Assembly: GCA_903930455.1 (NCBI GenBank)
Contig: CAIYYT010000054.1
Location: 1-63,213 of the forward strand
From: an uncultured bacterium
GTDB lineage: Bacteria; Zixibacteria; MSB-5A5; CAIYYT01
Length of the DNA: 63,213 bases
Reading direction: 5' to 3'
Part shown: piece after piece, positions 39,004-46,800 of the stretch
How the letters are laid out: every line of letters begins with the position of its first letter
How positions within the stretch are numbered: position 1 is the first letter of the stretch
Made by a program: the position numbers and the translations under genes
The notes under the pieces: model-generated
What the model was told of the DNA's origin: nothing
Seen by the model: the letters and a program-made list of their open reading frames with translations, nothing else
The model's database searches: none

Positions 39004-39321
39004 TTACCAGCCGCGACGACCACCGCCGCCACCACCCGGGCGTCTCGGACGATCACCACCGCCACGATCAGGATTGTCTTCGCGCGGGCGTGCTTCGTTA
39101 ACACGGAGCGACTGACCCTTGAGCTGCCGACCGTTGGCGCCTTCGATTGCGGCCTTGGCCTCTTCAGGGGATGACATTTCGACAAATCCGAAACCTCTCG
39201 GCTCGCCACTTAATCTGTCCTTAAGAATGGTCACTCTGCTGACCTGTCCGAATTCGGCGAAAATAGCGCGCAGGTCTTCTTCACTGGCTTCACGTGCGAG
39301 GTTTCCCACGTAGATATTCAT
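39004..39321 (-). CDS. RRM-type RNA-binding protein with a Gly/Arg-rich tail
   Basis: RNP2 IYVGNL, RNP1 RGFGFVEM, tail DRGGGDRPRRPGGGGGGRRGW. The ATG at 39321 is preceded by GGAGGA. Confidence 0.9.
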   Translation of the reverse strand: MNIYVGNLAREASEEDLRAIFAEFGQVSRVTILKDRLSGEPRGFGFVEMSSPEEAKAAIEGANGRQLKGQSLRVNEARPREDNPDRGGGDRPRRPGGGGGGRRGW

Positions 39322-39866
39322 TTGTTCCTCCAAGAAGTGATCTATTTTCGGCAGGTCAAGCCGGCCCGCCGAGAGTTAATGTTTTCCACTCAAGTCAAAG
39401 TCTGCTGCTCGGTGTCTTACGGCTCCTTTCAACTTCCGGTCGCACAGCAACGACCACTTGCGCTTGGTGGTTCAGTCCCGCGCGAGCGCTCACAGTCCGA
39501 TGCGGTCAGGGGGAAGTTTCAATTAGAAATCACAGTGTCTGATGCACCATTGTAAGGTGAACGATTCACCCGAGATAATACCGATTCACATGCGCTTTGA
39601 AGCTGTCGGCAAGAACTCAGCATTACCGCCGAACACACAGAGGCAACAGGCCTTGCAACGATAACCGTCGATGGATAACTCAGCAGATAAATCCCGGAAA
39701 AACCAACAATCATGGCAGCGCTTTCCGCTGTCAGCATATCGTTAAGCATAATCTTTTCTCAGGTTTTGTCAAGCGCTTTTTCATCCTCAGAGCTTTCAAT
39801 ACAGGCGCCGACATACATAGTAGAGTATCGGTTCATCCTTGCTTGCGCTTTAGCACAAAGCATTCC

Positions 39867-41063
39867 CTATCCCTGCTGCACGAATCCACTAAACGCCTCA
39901 GCAAAACGTCTGCATTCTTCCAATTCCGTCGGCGAAGGAACCAGTCTTGCCTTCACGCCGGGCTTGTGCACTTTGAGCTTGAGGCTTTCAAGATATGACT
40001 CCAGTATGTCCACCGCCTGCCCTCCCCAGCCATAGGAGCCGAACACGGCGGCTTTTTTGCCCACGCTTGAGACGGTCATCAGAAGTTGCGCGGCGTCCCA
40101 CACCGGCTTGACCACATCGCCAACAAAAGTCGGCGTACCAAAGAGAATCGCGTCAGCCGCTTCATAATGATCGCGTAGCTCCTTCGCGGGGATATGAGCC
40201 AGATCCACCATCGTGGTTGCGATACCGGCCTGCTGGAGCGTTTGGTCGATCTCTTGCGCCATCATTCTGGTATTTCCATAAGAGCTGGCAAAAGCAATCA
40301 GCACGCGTTTTTTGTCGCCACCGTTCTTTGGCGCTGTCCACTCCAGATACTTTTCGATGAAACGTTTTGGCTCATCGCGGTTGATTGGCCCATGCGATGG
40401 CGCAACAATTCTGATATCCATGGCAATGACGGCCTGCGATGCCTTTCGGCAGAAGGACGCATACGGACGCATGATCGCGTCATAGTAATGCCATGCCTCC
40501 TTTTCATGCACTTTGTCCCCCGGCTTGAAGAAGATTGATTCATAAGGGGCGAAATGCGCCGCATACCCGTCGCATGGGAAGAGAATCTTCTCTTCAGGGC
40601 AATAGGTGAACATAGTATCCGGCCAGTGCATAAATGGTGCCGAGATAAATTCGACCGATAGCCCTCCCAGATCGAGACGGTCGCCCCCTTTGACGCCCTC
40701 GATCGGCACAGATTCGTCGTTGATGATATTCTTCAAGAACGGCACCGCCGGTTTGGAACAGACGAGCTTGATCTTGGGGTTGCGTGCCAAAAGTAGCTTG
40801 ATCGCACCGGAGTGGTCGGGTTCCGTGTGATTGACAATCAGATAGTCGATCCGCTCCAAGGGCACATGCTCCTCGATACGGGCGAAGAAAACATTCTCGA
40901 ACCCCTCCTTGACCGCATCGATCAGAGCGACTTTTTCACCCAACAGCAGATAGGAATTGTAGGTTGTTCCGTAATCCGTCTTAACGACGATATCGAATAC
41001 ACGCAAATCGGGGTCTGCCGCCCCCACCCAGAAAACTCTCCTGGTCAATTCAACTGAATTCAT
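39867..41063 (-). CDS. Flavodiiron protein (metallo-beta-lactamase + flavodoxin domains)
   Basis: NHTEPDHSGA di-iron motif and C-terminal flavodoxin-like VLIAFASSYGNTRMMAQ. Confidence 0.9.
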   Translation of the reverse strand: MNSVELTRRVFWVGAADPDLRVFDIVVKTDYGTTYNSYLLLGEKVALIDAVKEGFENVFFARIEEHVPLERIDYLIVNHTEPDHSGAIKLLLARNPKIKLVCSKPAVPFLKNIINDESVPIEGVKGGDRLDLGGLSVEFISAPFMHWPDTMFTYCPEEKILFPCDGYAAHFAPYESIFFKPGDKVHEKEAWHYYDAIMRPYASFCRKASQAVIAMDIRIVAPSHGPINRDEPKRFIEKYLEWTAPKNGGDKKRVLIAFASSYGNTRMMAQEIDQTLQQAGIATTMVDLAHIPAKELRDHYEAADAILFGTPTFVGDVVKPVWDAAQLLMTVSSVGKKAAVFGSYGWGGQAVDILESYLESLKLKVHKPGVKARLVPSPTELEECRRFAEAFSGFVQQG

Positions 41064-41248
41064 AGATCCTCCACTCAACTCGCGGTATAATACAAATTAT
41101 GATACGATTGGCAACTGCTTTTGTATTGCTTAGTTGCACTAAAACAACGATTCCTGCGAAACGATCACTGCGTTAGCCGAAAAAAGCATTGGACAAATAG
41201 TACTGCGATGCGTTATCTAGCTAACAGACATGCTGGAATGGACTTGAA

Positions 41249-41773
41249 ATGTTTCGATTTGGCGGCATTTTCGCTACACTATTTTTTCTAATAGGCGTAG
41301 GAATTATCGGGTGCGGCGATAGCAGCAGCGAGCCGGAAAAGATTACAAATCGGGTCTACCTGCCCGAGAAGATTCAGGCTGCCCCCGGAGAGTTCTTTAC
41401 AGTACCAGTCAACTTCGATAACGCAGTCTCTCTCTCAGCAATCAACGTGCCCTTGCTATTTCCCTCCTCTCTCCTGCGTCTCGATTCGGTCTCGTTCCAG
41501 AACAGCCGCGCAAGTCAGTTCATGTTCAAAGAAGTCTTTGCCAAAGCTGACACGATCTCGATTGGCGTTGTTGACGATTCTGCCGCAGTTGCGACCGGTC
41601 GCGGTCTGCTCGCCACGATCTACTTTATGGTTCGCCCAACTGCGCCCGACACAACCTTTCTGTTGAACACATTCGACTACCCGCTACTGCCGCTGAGTTT
41701 CTACGACCTCCAATTGAATCCGGTGACCAATGCGCCGACGTTTAAGGCGTGCCAAGTGACGATCAAGGAGTAG
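41249..41773 (+). CDS. Lipoprotein with a cohesin-like domain
   Basis: Lipobox GIIGC after a hydrophobic signal. The body (AAPGEFFTVPVNFDNAVSLSAINVPLLFPSSLLRLDSVSF...GRGLLATIYFMV) matches my recollection of the cohesin type I pattern. This needs an HMM check. Confidence 0.6.
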   Translation: MFRFGGIFATLFFLIGVGIIGCGDSSSEPEKITNRVYLPEKIQAAPGEFFTVPVNFDNAVSLSAINVPLLFPSSLLRLDSVSFQNSRASQFMFKEVFAKADTISIGVVDDSAAVATGRGLLATIYFMVRPTAPDTTFLLNTFDYPLLPLSFYDLQLNPVTNAPTFKACQVTIKE

Positions 41774-41954
41774 TTTCGAAGACTTCTTTGGGGAGTTTTG
41801 GGTTGACAGGAATGGGGAGTAGTCGCATATTGGTTATAAGCGATTATGTTTGGTGAGGGGCGGGGTTGGCAGTTGGGAGGGAAACCAGAACTCCGCATCT
41901 TATGCAGATCAGTCTAACTATTGTTAGGCGTAAGAACAACACAGGACAAACTGA

Positions 41955-42383
41955 ATGGAAATAGCGATAATACCCCGCTTCATAATCAGAAAGTTTTGTT
42001 CTGATCAAGCAAATCAAATTCATGCAAATGTTTTGCTGACTAGCATGCTTGTTATTATCGTGCTTGCGTTTTGGCACAACCATTATGTTTATTTGTCATC
42101 AATACCTCACTTCTGCGTTTTTCAAGGGATTTTGAATATCCCATGTCCAGGCTGCGGAATAACTCGAAGCATTTTTGCTATTGCTGAAGGGAACATTATT
42201 TCTGCATGGAAATCCAATCCGGCCGGCTTGTTTTTGTTTTTCTATTTTATTGCACAGATACCCTTGCGTATTATCGCTCTCACGTTCCATACTTTGCAAG
42301 GCCAAATTTCTCAGATGTCTCGACTTGGTAGCAAGATTGTAATATCTGTTTTGTTTTTGGTGTGGATAGTACGATTAACCTAA
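41955..42383 (+). CDS. DUF2752-family membrane protein
   Basis: CVFQGILNIPCPGCGITRS signature plus TM helices; AT-rich codon usage. Confidence 0.75.
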   Translation: MEIAIIPRFIIRKFCSDQANQIHANVLLTSMLVIIVLAFWHNHYVYLSSIPHFCVFQGILNIPCPGCGITRSIFAIAEGNIISAWKSNPAGLFLFFYFIAQIPLRIIALTFHTLQGQISQMSRLGSKIVISVLFLVWIVRLT

Positions 42384-42404
42384 TAACCAAAAAAAGGAGA
42401 ATGA

Positions 42405-42572
42405 CATGGCACAATTGTCTTGTCCAAAATGCAATGAGATGGCAACTCGCGGTGGTTTTATGGCTTGGCAAATCATCGTAGCTATTTGCTTTTTCCCAAT
42501 TGGGCTGCTTGCGTTATTGGCTAGCCGTAAACCAACAAAGTGTCCTAAGTGCGGACATACTTGGCAAGCATA
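42405..42572 (+). CDS. 55-aa zinc-ribbon membrane mini-protein (CxxC - TM helix - CxxC); absent from the ORF track
   Basis: AAGGAGA SD 6 nt before the ATG at 42405. MAQLSCPKCNEMATRGGFMAWQIIVAICFFPIGLLALLASRKPTKCPKCGHTWQA, with the stop at 42570-42572. Confidence 0.65.
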
Positions 42573-42594
42573 GCCTCTATTGCAAAATTCAACA

Positions 42595-42664
42595 CGTCTA
42601 ACAAGGCGCTGCACCTGACCGCTATTCCGCTGCACCATAGCGGCAGGTGAGCTTGGTCGTTATC
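42595..42664 (+). mobile_element. attC-like recombination site A
   Basis: GTCTAAC-AAGGC-GCTGCACC-[hairpin]-GGTGAGC-TTGGTC-GTTATCT. R''/L''/L'/R' boxes have canonical lengths, and L'' carries one bulged G relative to L'. Confidence 0.6.
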
Positions 42665-42734
42665 TGGAAGCAGAACCCGTAGGCGGATATATCTGGAAAC
42701 TATATATAAACAGAAGTTGGATTTTCTACCTCAT

Positions 42735-43427
42735 ATGGATATCTCATCGGAACAGGTTTACGAGGCTCTCGCCGCGAAGGGCGTCGCGAATATTCACCAC
42801 GCCAACAGCGTGATCACAGCGTGCCAGTTCCTCCGGACGGGTTCACTCATGTCCCGGGGAACGGTCGATCGGAATGGATTGTTTCAGACAAAGCAGGCGT
42901 CGGACGACATCGACAAGAAGTATGGAATCTGGTTTGATGTATTCGCGGACTCCGTCGATATCCATGATCGCGCCAAGTGGGCAAACAAATATGGACCTGT
43001 GACCTTTGTCCTCGACATCAAGCTAATCGAGGAGGCTTCTACCGGGAGAGTCTGGGTTACGAAGTTAAACCCGACCAAGTGGGAAGGAAAATCACGGGAA
43101 GAGTGCTGGTTTTCTTCGGCCGAGGACTTGAAAGCGTACTTCGTAAAGGGCTGCTTCGATCAGATGATTGTTTTTCGTCACTGCGGTGGGATACTCCCGT
43201 TCAAGGACTACCTCAAGGAAATAATCCTTGACAATCCGAAAATAAAAACCGAGGAAGATGAAGTGGACTATTACAGCATGGCTTTCGGCGCCCTTCGCCT
43301 CTCGATGACTGAGGGCAGGATAGACGTCCCATTACACAAGAGGGTTTGTCCGCCGGAATGTAGTTGTGTTGCAGATTACCAAGGTGACAGAGTTCGCACG
43401 AGAGAAATGTATTTGCCGAAAATTTGA
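42735..43427 (+). CDS. Hypothetical protein (orphan, cassette-borne)
   Basis: 230-aa ORF from the ATG at 42735 (MDISSEQVYEAL...). No family recognised. Bracketed by the two attC-like sites. Confidence 0.7.
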   Translation: MDISSEQVYEALAAKGVANIHHANSVITACQFLRTGSLMSRGTVDRNGLFQTKQASDDIDKKYGIWFDVFADSVDIHDRAKWANKYGPVTFVLDIKLIEEASTGRVWVTKLNPTKWEGKSREECWFSSAEDLKAYFVKGCFDQMIVFRHCGGILPFKDYLKEIILDNPKIKTEEDEVDYYSMAFGALRLSMTEGRIDVPLHKRVCPPECSCVADYQGDRVRTREMYLPKI

Positions 43428-43493
43428 CACTGTACTCCAGCGGACCGTCGAAAAGCTGCGCTTATCGCTGTCCGCTGAGCTTCGTCGTTACCC
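43422..43493 (+). mobile_element. attC-like recombination site B (degenerate R'')
   Basis: ATTTGAC-ACTGT-ACTCCAGC-[GGAC..GTCC hairpin]-GCTGAGC-TTCGTC-GTTACCC. The right half is 16/20 identical to site A. R'' overlaps the ORF's stop codon. Confidence 0.45.
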
Positions 43494-43695
43494 CCTTGCC
43501 TCCTTCTTGCCCTAATTCCCCACAAGAGACTTGTGCAGACATTCCCTCCCCAAACCGGCAGGCGGCCGACCTATCTCATTTGCACCTCCCCTTCGATGCC
43601 GAAGTTAACGATGATGACCGAATCCGCGCCTGTCATTGCGCATCCCCCTTGCCATCCATTTCGAATTTGTGTAACTTCCCCACGCTTCACCAATT

Positions 43696-43781
43696 GCCGG
43701 AGTGGCGAAATTGGTAGACGCAAGGGACTTAAAATCCCTCGCTCAGTAATGGGCATACCGGTTCGATTCCGGTCTCCGGCA
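43696..43781 (+). tRNA. tRNA-Leu (anticodon UAA), type II with a long variable arm
   Basis: Acceptor stem GCCGGAG/CTCCGGC, anticodon stem AGGGA/TCCCT with loop CTTAAAA, T-arm ACCGG-TTCGATT-CCGGT, 86 nt. Confidence 0.9.
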
Positions 43782-43841
43782 TTTTCTTCTCCAACCATCC
43801 ACCTGAAAATCCGCCCACACAACTTGTCCAGCTAACCGACC

Positions 43842-43880
43842 AAAAGAAAAGCCGGCGGCATTGCTGCCACCGGCTTTTTG
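43842..43880. terminator. Bidirectional rho-independent terminator (tRNA-Leu / HYR gene)
   Basis: AGCCGGCGGCA-ttgc-TGCCACCGGCT stem (1 mismatch), flanked by an A-run on the left and a T-run on the right. Confidence 0.65.
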
Positions 43881-43897
43881 TCATCGTCTGATTGACT

Positions 43898-46800
43898 CTA
43901 CTTCAGAAGACTCATCTTCCGAGTTTCGGTGTAGTCACCGGCCGTCAACTTATAGAAGTAGACACCCGACGCCACGGACGTACCGCCGTCGGTATCAGCT
44001 TTCCACTTAATCGTGTAGCTACCCGCAGCCTGATAGCCGCTCACCAACGTCTTGATCTTATCGCCAAGAATGTTGTAGATCGCCAATTCAATGTGACCGC
44101 TCTGGCCGACAACGTAGTCGATCGCGGTCTCAGGATTGAACGGGTTCGGGTAGTTCTGTTTCAGCGTGAAGGACGTCGGCAGATTGCCGTTGTTCTTGCC
44201 CGCTGTCGTCAGTTCGTTGATACGAATTCTGTCGCCGTTCCCGGTCCAAGTGACCGTCTGTTCAGCAACTTCGCCATTAACCTTCAAAGTAATGACGCTG
44301 CCAGCCGACTTGCCAACCGCATCACCAGTGAGGGTCTCGGCGCCATAAACGGGCATAAATCCGAACTGTCCCGCAGTACGCACCACGCTCTCACCAACCA
44401 ACGCACCGGAGGCATCGTAGGCCTCAATCACAGAACCAACAGGAAGAGTCTCGCCGTTTTGCTTGACATCATAGCCATACAAGCTGATCCAAGTATTGGA
44501 CGATGCCACACGCAAGGTAGTGCTCGATGTGTGACTCCCCCCTACCGCCTTGGCGTAGAGCGGTCCGGGTTCAGGATAGGTTAATGTTGCCACTCCCGTG
44601 GTCTTGATCCAGTAACCCAGGTCACGCTTCATCTCCCAATTATTGTAAAACTGCGGATAGGCCGGATCGTAGGTCAAAGCGCCCTGATCGTAACCTAGCA
44701 CAACCACAACCTTATCAAAGATCGAAGCCAGAGCCACTGGGACGGTGTATGGAACCAGCGGCAAATAGCTGACCAGGTTCCAGCTCTGCTCCAGATCAAT
44801 CGGAGTGGAAGCAGCCACTACCGGGCCCTCTACACACAGCGTGTCTTCCGCGTTCATACGGAACCAGAAACCGTGGAGGTGATCGGCATACAACAGTGAG
44901 GAGAATCGCGGCAGCAGCGGATCGTATGTCAACGCGCCCTGCTCGAAACTCAGGATCACGTCCACGTTGTCCGTCACATCCTTCGCCAGGATCATGATAC
45001 TGTCATTCGGCGTGTCGACGTTCCACGAAACCAGGTTCCAACCCTGCTTCAGGATCAGGCAATGAGTCGGCGGAACCGGCGTGACGTCGAAGCAAGCTTC
45101 GTAGCGGTCGCCGTTCGCGCCCCAGTGAATCGGGCCATTCGCCATGGTGGCGACGAAGCCGTCCACCTTGATCGTGATCAGATCACCCGGGCGACAGCCT
45201 TCATCGACGGCCGTATAAAGCGAATCATCGGCATAAACCGCCATAAAACCGTAGGTGCCGGCTTGGGACACTATCCACTGACCGCAGAGAACACCTTGCG
45301 GATCGTAGGCTTCAACCACGCTACCCGGGAGCACCGGAGCGCCTTGGAACAATGCGAAGTATTTGCAGTAGAGGTCGACCCACTCATAGGTCGGGGCGAC
45401 AGAGCCGCCGTTGGGGCGCAAGATGAGTACGAGATCGGTTGCGGGAAACCCTGTTTCACGGTAGTCAGGATAGTAGCCCGCCTTGTATGCGCGCACGGTG
45501 AATGTCGCCGGTTTTTCGGGCAGCGGGCAAAGCTCGTAAGAACCATCGATGCCGGAAATAGTCGTCGCAATCGGACTCCCGCTCGGTGGGTAGACGTCGT
45601 ACAACTCGACTGTCGCACCCGAAATTGGATTATGACCAACATCCACGATCATGCCATTTACGCAAGACGTTGGCGGTTTCGAGTTTACGGTCAAGTTGAT
45701 CGTAATCGTGGCGCCGCTGACCGGCTTTGCCTTGGGCGGGAAATTGTCAACGATCAAATGGGCGACGTAGGTGTTCGGCGCGAGTGACGCCGTGCTGTAT
45801 TTAAGTTTCAGCAGACTGCCCGGATAGTCACCGGCGCTGACTTGTCCATAACTCGGGTCAGGTGATACCCACGTTTGATCCGAGGACGCCAGCCAATAGA
45901 AGATTCCGCAGGAGGCGCCGTTGGTCACGAAGACAGAGTCATACGGAAGACTCTGGCCTTCTTCGATCACGAGGTCGAACTCATCCTCGCTCACAGCCGG
46001 AATCGGAGCTTCCTGACACGGCTTGACGACCAAGTAGACCTTTGTATCGTGCTGGCCTTTCTTCGTAGGCCAAACGGCCGAGATTGTTATCTCATAAGTG
46101 CCGGCAGGTGTGGTAACGCCGGTGTGGCCGCCCAAAGTGGTCATCCCTGGAGGCGTCAGGGATGAGGTCCCAAGGTTGAGAATCGTGCCACTTGGAATGC
46201 CACTGGCGAAGAGATCGACCGGATAGCCAAAGCCGTCGATGGATTTCAGGTCGATCCAATAAATGATCGAATCGGACTGACCCGCCATTGTGAAGATCGT
46301 GTCTGGATTGGCGTCGATGCTATAATCCGGGTGGAGAGCAGTCTTCACTTCGACGGTGAAGACGCAGGAATCAACCAGTCCGGCAGCGTCAGTGGCTTTC
46401 ACCACAACCGGAGTAATGCCAAGTAGGAAGAACGACCCGGAGGCCGGAGTCGCTACCACGGAAACATTTGAGCAGTTGTCTTTGGCCTCCGTCACGAATT
46501 CGACGACCTTACCGGTATCGTCCGGATTGACTCCGACAACGATATTGGCTGGACAAGTGACTTGCGGTTTTTCCGTGTCGTTGATCGTCACGTCGAAATG
46601 ACAGGTATCTGCATTGCCGGATGCATCCGTGGCGGTCACCGTGACCTCCGTTGTGCCAAGATTTAAGAAGGACCCGGACGGAGGATCGGCAACCACGGTC
46701 AGGCCTTGCATGCAGTTATCATGCGCGGAGTATTCGAAATTAGCAATGGCGCCACACTGGCCGAGATCATTGTCTCTCACGATATCAGCGGGACATTCAA

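Noticed and set aside
39519-39749. 76-aa minus-strand ORF upstream of the RRM gene
   Set aside because: Weak SD and no motif. Kept only as a possibility within the finding on the long upstream region.
43424-43835. Two + strand ORFs (97 and 100 aa)
   Set aside because: They run through attC-like site B and the tRNA-Leu gene, so they are not plausible coding sequences.
43892-45787. 230-aa and 241-aa + strand ORFs (43892-44584, 45062-45787)
   Set aside because: Both are antisense to the HYR/T9SS giant gene, whose repeat and sorting-domain motifs are clear.
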